Part shown: positions 1-13,636 of the stretch, piece after piece | How the letters are laid out: each line of letters begins with the position of its first letter | How positions within the stretch are numbered: position 1 is the first letter of the stretch | NCBI GenBank assembly: GCA_951406725.2 | Contig: OX597820.1 | Span: 87,730,001-87,794,000, forward strand | Length of the DNA stretch: 64,000 bases | DNA from: Octopus vulgaris | Taxonomy: Eukaryota | Direction: 5' to 3' | The notes under the pieces: generated by a model | What the model saw: the letters and a program-made list of their open reading frames with translations, nothing else | What the model was told of the DNA's origin: nothing | Database searches by the model: none | Position numbers and translations under genes: made by a program

Positions 1-2527
1 ATTTATGATCAAAAGTGAACTAATACATTTTTCTTAGTTATCTTTAACATATAGAATACATCCTGATAAAATATATTATAAATATATATTTCATCATTTC
101 TAACTGTTTCTTAATCTTGTCTGTCTTTGCTCAGTAGTATTATTTGATTTTATGTCTTTGAGTCTATCTTGATATGTTATATTAAATCATTTATTAGTAT
201 TTTCTCTGTGTACAAACCTGTTATTTCAATATGCTGTTGCTTGCCTCACCGCCAGTTTCGCTAACAAAAAATGGCCCACTGGCCCCATGTGTTCATTGCA
301 CCTACAGCTTTATCTCTTACAAAGAGACTGCCAATATATTTCATTTAATAGCCAATATGATCAAGGTTTTAGAACGATCCACTAAAATATCTTTGTATAC
401 TGATATTTTTATTATGTCATTATTACAGCTTTTATAAATGACTGAAGCCAATGTATGAACAAAAGTAGCAAATGTGAAGATCATGATACTGCTTGAGTAG
501 TATGGGCTCCACTTCCTCTTTGATCCACTTTCTATTACTTGATTATGTTAACAGATTGTGTTTAATTAGGATTTAACTTAACTTATCTTAATCCGTTAAC
601 TTAATCTAGACACTCAATTATTCTTTTACTTAGAAGCACACTTTAATCTAAAAGTAGCTTTTGTACAACAGGCTGTTAATAAGAGACTTGAAGAAGTTAG
701 CAGCCAAATCTCTTGAAACACAGGCCACTATCTCAAAAATGGAAGGATACCCTTTGGATATCTATTCATAGAATAAATTGTATGCAAAAATAAAAAGGTA
801 TGAATGGATATGACTTGATGACTTTAATCATTGAGCTGATCTGGGGTTAAATAACAATTTGAGATAGATCCTAAGTTCTTCTTAATCAGGATTAACCTGA
901 GTCTAAACTGCCACAATAGACATATATTTTTGCATTTTCTTCTACGAAGACATCTATCAATGATGAAGTCACTTCAGTGATAGTTGATGTATCATCTCTC
1001 GTATCTCCTGGTGATTTTTCAATTTGAAATGTGAGCAAAGTTTTTCTGCAAGAGTCACATTTCTTGTCCAGGAATTAGGCTCGCTTTGGGATATTTTGTT
1101 ACAAAATCTGTTGTTATTTTTAAACCCTTTATGCTTTTCGATGGGTCATGCCACTTTTCTTGCTTAGCTAAAAACATGTCTTTTACATCCATCGGTAACC
1201 AGGAATTAACTAAAATGGTCATATATATCTAATCTACTAAAAAAAGAATAAGAATTAATTTGATAAGGCTATATAATGGGAACCATAGTTAATAGAAGAC
1301 CTTATAACTACAGTTCCCACTGAGATTCCAGTATGTATTTTTGTGAGTTTTGACTAAGTAGGGTAATATTTGGACAAAATTTTTTTTTTAAATTGATGAC
1401 CACGTCTTTTGACCTGTCAAAGGTCAACTTTTTTATTTTCATTTTGAGGTAAAAGTACACAAAACAAAAGTTGTAGATCTGTTTAAATGCTTCAAAAAAG
1501 AAAAAAGAAATAAGCTTTCTAGCTCAATTAGTAGCTGGAATATGACTTCTCAAAGTTATTGAGTAGCCGAAAAAATGTCACTGTTTTAAAAATTTTAAAT
1601 GGTCATAACTCAGCAAATATTTGAGTCGGGTAAAAAAAAAAAAATTTCATATTTAAATATAAAGACTATTTTGCATGCAAAATTTGAAAGAAATCAGTTT
1701 CAGTCACCTTCGGCTCCTGTGTTGATTTCACATGGAACAACCAACAGTGAGAAGTCATCACTTAGCAATTACACATCATAACATATTTAAAAAGTATAAA
1801 ATTACATTTTTTACAATATTTTTGTGATTTTTTTTTTTTTACATTCTTTGTGATGATATTTCATAAAATTGATTAGAATTCATGTAATTCTGTTTTAAAT
1901 TTGATTAGACATATCAGAATAATAATTGTCTCTTAAATTTTGTTGCCAGTGCATGGAGCATGCCAACATGAAATATAAACTTGCCTGGAAATTGTTTAAA
2001 ATGTTCTTCAAATTCTCCCTCTTCAGTTCTCAATTTCTATCATTTTCTTTGTTCATATTCAAACATCAGGATCAAATCTTATAAAGGTTTCTTGAACATG
2101 TCTCCTTATATCTGTTCTACTGTTGAGAATTATTTTCATGATTAAGATGGTTTTTAAACCAAGCAAATTTTGTCTTTAAATAAGTTTTGATTAATTAAAT
2201 GATATATCCTGCTCTTTGTAGAACAAAGGGAGATTGGTTATTATTGATTGTTAAAAAAACTGTTCAGTCTTTGCTTAAACTGAAGTGCTTAAAGATAAAT
2301 TAGTGAAATTTTCTCCATCATGGATAATTAATGATATTGTAACGACTACGATCAATGTGTGTGTGTGTGTGTGTATATATATATGGACACAGGCATGACT
2401 GTGTGGTTAAGAAGTTCACTTCCTGACTGTGGTTTGGGGTTCATTTCCAGTAAGTGTCCTTATGGGCAAGTGTTTTTTTCTATAGCTTTGAGCTGACCAA
2501 AGCCTTGTGAGCAGATCCAATGATAAT

Positions 2528-2567
<40 letters not shown>

Positions 2568-3891
2568 ACTCACACACAGGCCTGTGGTTAAAAAGTTTGT
2601 TTCACAACCACATGGTCTCAAATTCAGTCTCACTGCACAATACCTAGGACAAGTGTATTTTACTATTACCGTCAGCCAACCAAAGCCTTGTGAATGGAAA
2701 CTGCAAGAAACCTGTGTGAGTAGGGGATGGGTGTGTTTATGTTTGTGCTGAATCTTGAGCTGAAAGATCTTTTATTTCTTCATATCAGAATGTCAGTCTG
2801 ATAGTAATGTTCCCTGGTACCTATTCTATTCAATTGAATGTAACTGATTCTAACTCCAGCAATTCACCAAAACACTTTTGACTCCTCATACGTTGTCTAT
2901 TACTCTACTATCCACTCAGCTATTTCACACTCTACAATAATTTCTGATACCATTTTAAAAGGAATGAATGTCTCCCTAATTTCATTTCATTCCAATGATT
3001 CATGCTGTTACTACTCAGTTTTGTTGTAATCAGTTGATTCTTAATAAATATAAACTAAGCTGAACATCATATACTGAGTACTCTTTCATTTGTAAACAGT
3101 GTGTGTGTGTTATGAAATAGTTGCCTTAATGCAGCTCAGCAAATTTGGCTAAGCAGTTTTTGGTGTTCCATTATAAATGTTCAAAGCTTTTGCGCTGTTG
3201 TCTTATTCATTGCCATCATTGTTAATTGCTATCTACTGATAGTTTTGCTTCCTTTCAATGACAATCTAGTAATTTTTTGTCTTTTTTTTTATGTACTTGA
3301 CATTTTTTCTATTTCATTTGATGGTTATGATAATGAATTTGATAAACAATCAAACCATTATATGACATTTGAAGTAGATTTAGGTTGTAATTAAGTATGA
3401 AGACCTTATTTACCTCCAAGTTCTTTTTTAATATTGAGATAACGCATTCAGAATAGTAAATCCATTTTAAATGTGTTTCTCAGTAACCAGATTCTATCTT
3501 TTGTCTATGGATTTCTTGTTTAAAGACTTTTGATTTCATAATAACCTAAATATGAAAATATACTCACATAACAAAACAGGCTTTTGTAAGATGTCTAATT
3601 TTGGACCTGTTAATGAGTAATTTTAACCCTTTCGACTTTAAAGCCTTTTAGTAACCAGCTAAACCATTTTGATAAACTAAAAACTAATAAGCATTTGAGA
3701 AAATTTTCTATTTTGCATTTGATTGATGAATAATTCATTCTTTTATCAAACTGGTTACTCTATGATATTGAATTTCATGTGTTGAAACCCTACTGAAGTT
3801 GTTGTTTAACCTCCTCAGGACAGCTCTGGTCAAACACATGCAACTATGTGAGAATGGTAAACTGGATTTAAAAAGAAATTTTTCCTAATAA

Positions 3892-5174
3892 CAAGGGGTG
3901 TTCATTAAAGATTTCCCTTGACCCACTTCCAGTTATTGCAAGAAATGGAACTTGTACAGGTATAATCATACATGTCTCTACATGTCACATTGTAAATTGT
4001 AGCTTTCCATTAGTATTTATTTGTCTTTTATGGCTGCTGAAGTGGACTAAGGTGTTATAATAGAGGCAGTTGAATGCAGATAAGTGATCTGGTTCTTATA
4101 CTTGAAAGGTCTTACACCAAAAGAGACTTTCAATATGATGAAAGACGTTTATGCTGATAATGCACTATCATACAGCATAGTCAAGCACTGGTATCACCAG
4201 TTCAAATGTGGTTGGACATCGGTGGAAACTGCTCCTATTCCTGGACGTCCATGTTCCACCATTGATAACACCATCCATTAAGTGGAAGACACCATTTTCG
4301 ATGATTGCCACAAAATTATTCAGCAACTAGTCCAAGAAGTGAAGATAAGTGTAGGGTCCATGGAAAAAAAATCATTCACAACCATTTGCACATGCAGAAG
4401 TTGTTGGCACACTGCCAAAAGAGCCTGGGAGCAGTTCACTCATTCCTGCTTCTGGAAAAGTGTGAACATCCAGGGAATCCATTGTGCAAAAAAAAAAAAT
4501 GAGGACTTTTTCAGCAGACTTATCACACAGTATGAAACATAGGGTCATCATTATGATCCTGAGACTAAAGTCCAGTTGATGCAATGGAAGCATAACTCAC
4601 CACCTCCAAAGAAGGCTCATGTGCAGCCCTCGGCAGGCAAAGTGATGTTCAGTCTTTTGGGACCAGCACGGAGTAGTAATGATGAATTTTCTGGCAAAGG
4701 GCACCACAATTAATGGAGCATATTATGCTTCTCCACTGCAGAAACTGTGGGATGCCATCAAAGCATCAGAGAAGCATGACATACTAACCAAAAGAGTCTG
4801 CTTCCTCCAAGACAATGCTCCAGTTCACTGTGTGAGTGTTGCCCAGTTGAAGGCACACTCCTGTTGCTATGAGCTCTTTCCTCATTCCCCTTACTCTCCT
4901 GACCTTGCACCATCTGACTTCCACCTCTTTCCAACTATGAAGTCTTTTTAGTAGGAGAAGCACTTTTCAGATGATGAAAGGTAAAGTCTTGGCTCCAGAT
5001 GCAACCTATTGACTTCTACAGACAAGGTCTTCACAGCTGCATAAAGCAATGGGAGAAGAGTGTCACCATTGGTGGTGGCTATGTATAGAGAAGGACTAAT
5101 AATTATGCCAAGTTTTGTTTATCCCCTTGTCCTTGGGAAGTAGGTCATGGAAAATATTTAATGAACACCCTTTG
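3892..5174 (+). mobile_element. Decayed full-length mariner transposon
   Basis: TIRs caaggggtgttcattaaa / tttaatgaacaccctttg-TA. Frameshifted transposase pieces (HTH, 'QDNAPVH', 'HSPYSPDLAPSDFHLF'). Confidence 0.92.
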
Positions 5175-5492
5175 TATCATCCAGTTAAATTTGATATTAA
5201 GTAAATGAATATTTACTTAATATTCTCTAAATAATGTCTGTCAATCAAGTTTGTATTTATCTACTTCCTCCACATTTTTTTCATATGAAATCTAAATAAT
5301 TTTTTTATGAATTAAAATTTTCTTTTTTCTTTATGTATATGTATATATATCTAAATGTTTTTGATTTTTTTCTGTTTTATAATTATTTAATTTCTTTGTT
5401 TAGTCTTAAGAAATATTTTTTTTTTGTTTTCTGATAGAATAAATAAAACACTATTCGATGTCATTGCAACATTTGTAGATTTTATATATACT

Positions 5493-5905
5493 TAAGAAAT
5501 TAGTAAAAAAATAATTTTTGAAGTTGAATATACATTCTTGTCTTTCTTATATTAGATATTATTGCAAATAGAATTAGTTTGATTTATAGTTTGTTTGTTA
5601 ATTAACCTGGTAATTCAAATTTTAAAGTTTTTTTTAAAAAATTGACAACATCTATAGCTTTCAGTTGTAATTTTACTTTTTAAAAATGTCATATGTTTCA
5701 CTTCAATTCAATTTAAGAATTAGTAAAAATAATTTTAGAAGCTAAATATACATTCTTGTTTTTCTTATAGTTTAGATATTATAGGAAATAGAATCAATTT
5801 GATTGATAGTTTGATTATTAGCCTGGTAATTCAGATTAAGTTTTTAAATTGTAATTTTACCTTTAAAAAATGTTGCATATTTCACTTAAATTCAATTTAA
5901 GAATT
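5493..5905. repeat. Diverged tandem duplication, about 200-220 bp unit
   Basis: taagaa(a)ttagtaaaaa..aatttt.gaag.t.aatatacattcttgt...cctggtaattca...ttgtaattttac.tttaaaaatgt...tttcactt.aattcaatttaagaatta occurs twice. Confidence 0.85.
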
Positions 5906-5939
5906 AAGATTTAAATTTCGAAGTGGTTAATATTAACAG

Positions 5940-6118
5940 GCTCGAAGGCGTACTGCTACACCCAAAGAATTGCTGTATTCAGTTGAATCCTCATGTTTGG
6001 ATACTACATTGACACCACTTCAAGAAACATCTCAAGAGGAGACAACTTCACCTGACAAAAGTTCCAGCTCAAGTCCCAAATCTTTAGTAAAGAGTGTCGA
6101 TACATTAGAAAAGATCGG
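5940..6118 (+). CDS. KIF21: KIF21-like kinesin, internal coding exon (ARRRTATPKELLYSVESS...EKI)
   Basis: AG acceptor 5938-5939, GT donor 6119-6120. The open frame matches the KIF21A/B 'KARRRTTTQMELLY' motif. Ends in phase 2, compatible with the next exon. Confidence 0.85.
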
Positions 6119-6422
6119 GTAAGGATATAGTCTGTTGATGCTTCATCTGTTAGAAAATTTTGATTATATTTTTTCCTAATGATTGCCTTTATATTAATTA
6201 CTAAGTGTTAAAATATCACTGTTGTTAGGCTATCATGTTGATATTACTGTAGTAGTAGTAGTATTGTTTAGGTATTGTGGCATTTGAGTTTTTTTTTCTC
6301 TACACCATACATCTTATGTAAAATAGTTGACCATATAGGCACAAGTGTAGATGTATGGTAAGAAACTTGCTTCCTGACCACAAGTTCAGTGTCTTTTCCT
6401 ATAGCCTCAGGTCAACCATGTG

Positions 6423-7296
6423 GGTGGAGTACCTGAAAGTAACCGGAAATGTTCTGTGGGACAAGCCCACTGTAGTCTGGGTTTCTGCTGCTAGAAGTCA
6501 CTTTATGCAATCCTCAGGCATCAGTCTGGCAACTGGTGGCAATGGGTGAGGCTGTAATGTCATGTGGTGCATCATTATTTTGCAGTGCTTCTCTCTTCAT
6601 CAATTTTTGTGATGGTTGAAACAAAGGAACAGTGTACTTTCGTGAAATTCTGTTTTCTGTTGGGGAAAACAGTGGCTAAAACAGTTGTCATGCTTCAGAT
6701 GTCTTACAAGGACACTGCCTTGAGCAAAAGACAAAGTTTATGAGTGGTTTTCACACTTTAAGAATGGTCACTTGTTCCTTGAAGACTAACCTCATTCAGA
6801 GCAACCATTGAACTCCTGAACGAATGAAAACATCGTGAAAATTCAATGAACTGATCTTGGAGGACCATCACTGAACAACTGAAGTTGTTGATATGATTGG
6901 CGCTTTCTGGGGCTCCTACCAATGAATTTTGAGTGAGGAATTGCAAATGAAAGGAGTTGCAGCAAAATTTGTGCCTTGCTTGTTCATGGAACATCAAAAG
7001 TAGTCATGACTGAATGCATGCTGTGAACTGAAAGAACAGTTATAAATTGATCCAGACCTTTTTTGAAGGTCATCACTGGGGACGAAAGCAAGTGCTACAG
7101 AATTTGCAGATATAGAAGAGGTAAAGGAAAAACAACAGAGTTGTTAAAAGGCATCACTTCACAAGAGTTCCAGCACCATTTCAAATAGTTGCAAATGCGT
7201 CAAATGGAGAATACTTTGAAAGCAATAAAAGTGTAAACATGTGAAACTAAGTGAATAAAATATTGCAAAATTCCAGTTTCTTTTGGGTACCCCTTG
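6423..7296 (+). mobile_element. Internally deleted mariner inserted into a SINE
   Basis: Imperfect TIRs (gtacctgaaagtaaccggaa / ttccagtttcttttgggtacccc), transposase remnants ('AAKFVPCL', 'KVITGDE'). SINE head at about 6336-6420 and tail at about 7300-7476 flank it. Confidence 0.75.
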
Positions 7297-8003
7297 TAAT
7301 ATGTGTGTGTGTCTGTGTTTGGCAACTGGTGGTTTGGCAAAGAGGCCACTAGAATAAAGAATCGGGCAAAAAAATAAGTACTAGAGTGACATTTCATTCA
7401 TCTAAAAATAAAAAATTCAGGGTGGTTCCCCAGCATGTCCACTGTCTGATGACTGAAACAAGTAAAAGAGATAAAAGGGGTAATATAACTTTCTATAATT
7501 ATACAATTAAATCCTTCAACATCCTGTTACTCTTGCTGGCCACCTATTTTTACTTTTCATACAGAGCCTGCATTTTACATCCAGTACATACACTATTTTC
7601 TTTCCAACCTCCACATACTTCTCACATTCACTCTTGATGTCTCACTACCATGCAATATCACACTCTATACAAATGTTTCCTTCACACAGTCTACCTTTTG
7701 TAGTGGAGGAGAAGTACTTTGTTATCAACAGAAGTAACCTGATATAGACAGTTTAAATGAATTATTTCTAAGAAGTCCTTGTATAACTCTTAATTGTTAA
7801 CATCTGAAACAACAATTTGGTTAACTGTATTAATGTTCTTATTTAAAAATGATGAAATTAATAAAGATCTGACTTTTTGTATGATTTGACAAAGCTTTTC
7901 CTGTTACATATCAACTTGATATAGACAGTTTAAATAAATATTACTCTTCATGAAGGCTCTGTTTTGCCATTTTCAGTGCTAAATGGTATATATATATATA
8001 TAT

Positions 8004-8196
8004 ATACTCTTTTACTCTTTTACTGGTTTCAGTCAGTTGACTGTGGCCATGCTGGAGCACCGCCTTTAGTCGAGCAACTCGACCCCGAGACTTATTCTTT
8101 GTAAGCCCAGTACTTCTTCTATCGGCCTTTTTTGCCGAACCGCTAAGTGACGGGGACATAAACACACCAGCATCGGTTGTCAAGCAATGCTGGAGG

Positions 8197-8236
<40 letters not shown>

Positions 8237-8394
8237 GACGGGCTTCTTTCAGTTTCCATCTACCAAATCCACTCACAAGGCTTTGGTTGGCCTGAGGCTA
8301 TAGTAGAAGACACTTGCCCAGGGTGCCACGCAGTGGGACTGAATCCGGAACCATGTGGTTGGTAAGCAAGCTACTTACCACACAGCCACTCCTA
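8004..8394 (-). mobile_element. tRNA-derived SINE (major family with (CA)n core and ...gactgaaacaagtaaaaga tail)
   Basis: Near-identical to the copies at 9151, 39189 and 54443. A/B-box-like head on the minus strand. Confidence 0.85.
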
Positions 8395-8413
8395 TATATA
8401 TCATCATCATGCA

Positions 8414-8770
8414 CAGATATGGCTATGGTAAGAAGTTTGCTTTCAAACCAAATAATTCTGGGTTCAGTCCCATTGTGTGGAACCTTGGGCGAATGTCTCC
8501 TACTATAGTCCTCAGCTGACCCAAGCTTTGTGAGTGGATGGGTGAAAACTGAAAAAAGCCTATCGTATGTGTGATGGTTTGTGTCTCCTTGTCTTGAAAG
8601 TTGTAAATGAGTATCACTGTCATACATGTAGTACCATTCATTTGCAATATTCAGCATGAAAATGTCTAACTCAGGTTGGTGACAGGCAGGGCATCCATTT
8701 GTAGAAATTCTGCCTCAAATAAGACTCATTTGACCCCTGCAAGCATGGAAAAGTGACAGTTAGATGATGA
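8414..8770 (+). mobile_element. Decayed SINE, same head family
   Basis: ggctatggtaagaagtttgc...gggttcagtcccattg...tgtgagtggat head. Confidence 0.65.
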
Positions 8771-8905
8771 GGATTTCTTAATTAAATTGTACATTTTATT
8801 AAATTTCTCTTCTTGTAAGAAATAAATTCCACTTTGAACATTATTTTCCCCACTGTCTGGACAATAGTACTGATGGAAAACTTTTCTTTCTCCAAAACTT
8901 TCTAG

Positions 8906-8995
8906 GTTGTCAAATGAGACGGAACTTCAACTTTCTCCGATTCCACTTCGCAGAGTTAATAGTGCTTCTGATGCAACCAGACCCAACAAATACAG
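8906..8995 (+). CDS. KIF21: KIF21-like, 90-nt exon (LSNETELQLSPIPLRRVNSASDATRPNKY) with GC donor
   Basis: Pyrimidine tract + tag acceptor at 8904-8905. Only the AG|GCAAGT donor keeps the frame (phase 2-2) into the exon at 10631. Confidence 0.75.
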
Positions 8996-9150
8996 GCAAG
9001 TAACATTTTTACTGTTTAGTATTTTAGTAAAAGAATTTTTCCAAAATATCTTAAATACTGTTCAAAAAAAAAAAGGAGAAACTTCAATTTTGTGTTATGG
9101 AACAAAACATAATTTTAGAAAATATTCAGCCCTCTAGTTTTTGATTGAGC

Positions 9151-9523
9151 TACTCTTTTACTTGTTTCAGTCATGTGACTGTTGCCATGCTGGAGCACTG
9201 CCTTTAGTCGAGCTAATCGACCCCAGGACTCATTCTTTGTAAGCCTAGTACTTATTCTATCGGTCTCTTTTGCCGAACTGCTAAGTCACGAGGACGTAAA
9301 CACACCAGCATTGCTTGTCAAGCGATGTTGGGGGGGACAAACACACACACATATATACGACAGGCTTCTTTCAGTTCCCGTCTACCAAATCCACTCACAA
9401 GGCTTTGGTCGGCCCGAGGCTGTAAGTAGAAGACATTTGCTCAAGGTTCCATGCAGTGGGACTGAACCCGGAACCATGTGGTTGGTAAGCAAGCTACTTA
9501 CCATGCAGCCACTCCTACGCCTA
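9151..9523 (-). mobile_element. tRNA-derived SINE (major family)
   Basis: Homologous to 8004-8394. Confidence 0.85.
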
Positions 9524-9679
9524 TAAACCACACAGCCACTCCTACACCTATAAGCTGCATCTGTCATCAAGAAACTCGATGAGTTGGCTACAGCAGCTGG
9601 AGTTGGCAATAACTCCAAATTGTAAGAATCAAATAAGGCTGTAAGAGCTCCAGAAGTTCCAAAGTGTTTCTCTGGCATG

Positions 9680-10330
9680 GGACTCCATCAGTTTAGTGAT
9701 GTAACTAGGAAGACGGACAGGATGGTAGTTGACTGGTGATGTGTGATCACTCTTTTTGAACAGGGGAATGACACAGGCAATTTTCCACTGCTCTGGATTG
9801 ACACAGTTATAAAGGCAGAATTGAAAGAAAAATGAAAGCTAGTGCAAAAGAAAGAGTGTCCCATTTGAGAAGCAGATCAGTAATACCATCAAAACCAGGA
9901 AAGGCATAATTGTGCTTATTCTTGGGGTGGCATTGCAGTATTGCAAGCGTCTATTTCACAGATGCTATAGAATTTGATGTCTGAGGTGGTGAAGATGGTA
10001 CATTTGAATTTTTCAACAGTAAAAATGCTAGCATAGCATTCAGCAATAAGTTCTGCACATTCTTTAGGATCATCAGTAACCCAGCCTGTGTGGGGATTGC
10101 AAAGAGAGTCAATAGGAGAGTGAGGTCTCTACTTCGATCGTACATATTTACAGAACACTTTGCCATCAGGATTAGTTGCTGTACGTTGTTCAAATTCAAG
10201 CATTGCCTTTTTTTCCACTTGCTAGAGATGATTAGATGATCTGTTGCACCGTCTGTTCTCTTTCTATCCACCTGGCTATACTGCATCTACTTGAGCTGTG
10301 GCCACATTTCCTTTGCATGAGCCTCACAAG
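9680..10330 (-). mobile_element. CR1/Jockey-group LINE ORF2 fragment
   Basis: Minus-strand translation WKIACVIPLFKKSDHTSPVNYHPVRLPSYITKLMES, the pre-RT motif of APE-type LINEs. Boundaries approximate. Confidence 0.75.
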
Positions 10331-10630
10331 ATCACACAAAATGCAAGGAATTTTAAATGTTACATTTTCTAGCCAACTTCTGGAAAATTTGTAATATTTA
10401 GTACTTAGATATATATTACATAAAAATGATACTTTGGGTTTATGTAAGGGCTGATATTTATATTGTCTTTCTGAAAAACCTTTGTAGTATAAATTGGACT
10501 GTTGCAACTGGAAGTGGAAACTGACTAGAAGCTGACTTTTCCATTAACATTTAAAAAAGAATTAAGCCATAATCTTGAAAGAAATATTCATTAGTATCCT
10601 CATCAAATAATTTTTTCTTCAATTGTATAG

Positions 10631-10738
10631 TGAACCTGTAAGTCCCCTCAGATCACCTCAAGCTCCTCGGAAAAGATCTAATGATGTCTTTAAACGGTTA
10701 ACTTCCAAAAGTGTGATCTCATCACCTGAGTCAAACAG
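10631..10738 (+). CDS. KIF21: KIF21-like exon (EPVSPLRSPQAPRKRSNDVFKRLTSK...)
   Basis: tag acceptor, GTAAGT donor. 'NDVFKRLT' resembles KIF21 'NVFNRLT'. Phase 2-2. Confidence 0.85.
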
Positions 10739-11101
10739 GTAAGTGATTGAACTATAATAATATGCTTTAATTTTCAACTCCATTGATTTAACTAAATATT
10801 AAGACATCTAGCCGAAATGGCAAAGTGATAAATGATATACATTTAAAATTTATGCTGTGTGCAACATTCTCAAGTCAAATGTCACAAGTATTATCCTTCG
10901 GGTAGTTTACAAAATAACTACCAGCTTTATATAGTGTATAATTCTTTTAACCCTCCTCCATAAAATATTGCCTTAGGCAGTCAAAAGAAAAATATTTATT
11001 TTCAATTAATTGAAATATTTATAATCACATTGTCTATTCATAATTTGTCAGTTGTTTATTTTTCTAGTTTTAAAAAGTGTATTTTTCTTTCCAAAACTCA
11101 G

Positions 11102-11241
11102 GGGTACTATTACACAGTTGAGCCGGATTAATTCTGGAGGTAGATCTTCACCGGTATTTTGTTCCCATATTGTGGAAGGTCATGCCAAACCAGTTCTGTC
11201 TGTATGTGCTACAGAAGATTTATTATTCACAGGCAGTAAAG
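11102..11241 (+). CDS. KIF21: KIF21-like exon, first WD40 repeat ([27 protein letters not shown])
   Basis: ORF 11052..11282, cag acceptor, GT donor. Matches KIF21 '[24 protein letters not shown]'. Confidence 0.92.
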
Positions 11242-12589
11242 GTATAAAAAGATTTAGTGTTTCTTATTTTCCTCATTTTTAATCTCTAGTTTGTCTTGTT
11301 ACATGATTGTAACAATTTCAGTCAAAATGTTCTTCAGTTCCTTTTATTTTATTTCCAATTGAAGACTTACTTTCCACTAATTACTTTCAATATCCCATAA
11401 AAAATATTTATCACCTTTTTTAAGATTTATGATGGAATCATTTTATAAAGGAATATCTATATTGTTAGTAAATATCATTTCACATTCAATTACTTAAGAT
11501 GTATTTTAAATAAGTTTGTTGTCCAATGCAGTCATTAGATCATGTAATCTTTTTATTAGTCAATTGTAAGTTATTTTATACTAATGCACCATAAACAGCT
11601 TGAAGATTGGTAGAATTGGTAGAGCAATGTACACTATACTTTTGTGAGTTTAAACCTTGTCAAGGTCAACTTTGCCTTTCGTCCTTCTGGAGTCTTTGAA
11701 ATAATTAACAGTTGAATACTATGACTGACTATTTCTTCCTCTAAAAATATGTAGCCCTCTGCCTCAGAAACCAGTACTGCTTACATTGTGAAATGCATTA
11801 ATAAACAATAAACCCCTTGAATTAAAAGTTCAAGTATTTTGAAAATATTTAAGAAAATATTATAAAGTTAACCATTTTCTGAGACTATTAAGTAGATTAT
11901 ATAAATCTTTTCAAATTGATAAAATAACCGAGTTTTAGATTGTTCAAGGGATATGAAAAGTTTTGTGGTACATTAAAGTTGCCAAAATAAAGATGTGAAA
12001 TGTGAAAACAATATGTTTTTGTAAGTTGTGTAAAAACTCTTATGGGTATTGTGAAATTATGATGTATTAAATGCAATCTATTTTTTAAGAAAATATATAG
12101 TATGTAAACATATGAACTCCCAAATATGGATGTATTTCATCACTAGCATAAATTTGTGCGCACAAACTGTTAAATGTTATAGACGAACCACTGCATAGAT
12201 ATTGAATATTTTGAAAGCCTATTTTTTGTTTCAGTTCTTTTACAAACTAGAATAATTACCAATGTTTGGGAGAATGCAGTGATATAACATTTTTACTTGT
12301 CTCTCACTTTTGAAAAGACTGCCATACTTGATGTAGTGAATCAACAAATTTTAATTGAATATGGAATGCTGTAGGAAATTACTACTAACAGGATTATTCT
12401 GTCATTACAATTAGTTCTATCACCTAGCTAAAGCGAAGTTTGGTCAAAAAGCTTTTTATAGATTTGTTATTCATTTCATTCCTGTTGGCATGTACTTAAT
12501 CTGATTTTCCTATCTTGTGACCATTTTATTTTTTTAATGCTTAAGCTATGTGTTTTCAGTAATAGCTGTATTTATTTCCACATGTCTAG

Positions 12590-12776
12590 ATCGTACTGCC
12601 AAAGTCTGGGATCTCAACACTGGCCATGAGCTACAAGTCTTTCCTGACCATCCTAACAATGTAGTGGCACTAAAGTACAATGAACCATCCCACAGGCTCT
12701 ACACAGTCTCACTTTCAGAAGTGAAAGTCTGGGATATTCGAGATGTCTCAAAACCTAACTGTGTTATAGCCTTTAA
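12590..12776 (+). CDS. KIF21: KIF21-like WD40 exon (DRTAKVWDLNTG...HPNNVVALKY...VKVWDIRD)
   Basis: ORF 12550..12780, tag acceptor, GTAAGT donor, phase 1-2. Confidence 0.93.
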
Positions 12777-13480
12777 GTAAGTTGCGTGTGATTTGTTTTG
12801 CTTTCTTTAATTCCTTGTGGTTTAATATGTGTAACCAAATCTGTATTCAGTTTGCTGTATTTATGCTTGGGCAATGCAATAAAACTTGTATTTCATCTGA
12901 AACTGTGTGTGTGTGTACACACACATACACCTATACATACATACATATAATCTAAATAATTAGACAAAGAAACACTACTCTTTGCTACACCTATACAATG
13001 TTTTCACCATCATGAAACCAGGATTTTCTACACCTGAAGAATTTTGCTATTAGTCTGGAATCTGACAGTGTTGATAATTGAGAACTTGGGTTGAGTACTT
13101 TTGTGGAAGTATTCTACCTTTATACCCTACCAGGATCATATATATATATATATATTAATGAATATGAATCAAGGATTAAATTTATTTCCATTTATTTTAT
13201 GACTTGGTTTGCAGAAGGGTAGCAGCTATAATGTTTTGTGGGAGTAGAGGGCTCCTATGACTGGAGGACAAGAGAGAAAAAGTATCTTATAATTATAAGC
13301 AGTTTCTATAGTTATTCAGTAAAATAAAAGCAGTTAGAAATATTGCTTCTATATGTTAGAGGATTATTTGAAATGTATGTTCATTTTGTAAACGCCAAAT
13401 TTACAATTACTTTAATTTTATCAAAGGTGTTATTAGCAATGTAAGTTTCTATTTTAAATGTTTGTATTTCTCATTTTCAG

Positions 13481-13636
13481 TTCCTCAGGTCTTGCATCTG
13501 CACCAATATCATATCAAACACGCCAGAGTGAAGTCAGTCGTCATGAAAATTTAATAAATGCCATTTCACTGAGTGATGATGGCCAGACACTGTTTACAGC
13601 TGTTGGAAACCTAGTTCGCATGTGGGATCTTCGAAA
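13481..13636 (+). CDS. KIF21: KIF21-like WD40 exon (SSG...ENLINAISLS...GNLVRMWDLR)
   Basis: ORF 13458..13640, ttttcag acceptor, GTAAGT donor, phase 2-2. Confidence 0.92.

Noticed and set aside
7941-9678. Cluster of 60-120 aa ORFs (MWLVSKLLTT..., SSLLTNHMVPGSVP...)
   Set aside because: The same peptides recur at each SINE copy (39145, 54614); they are SINE translations.
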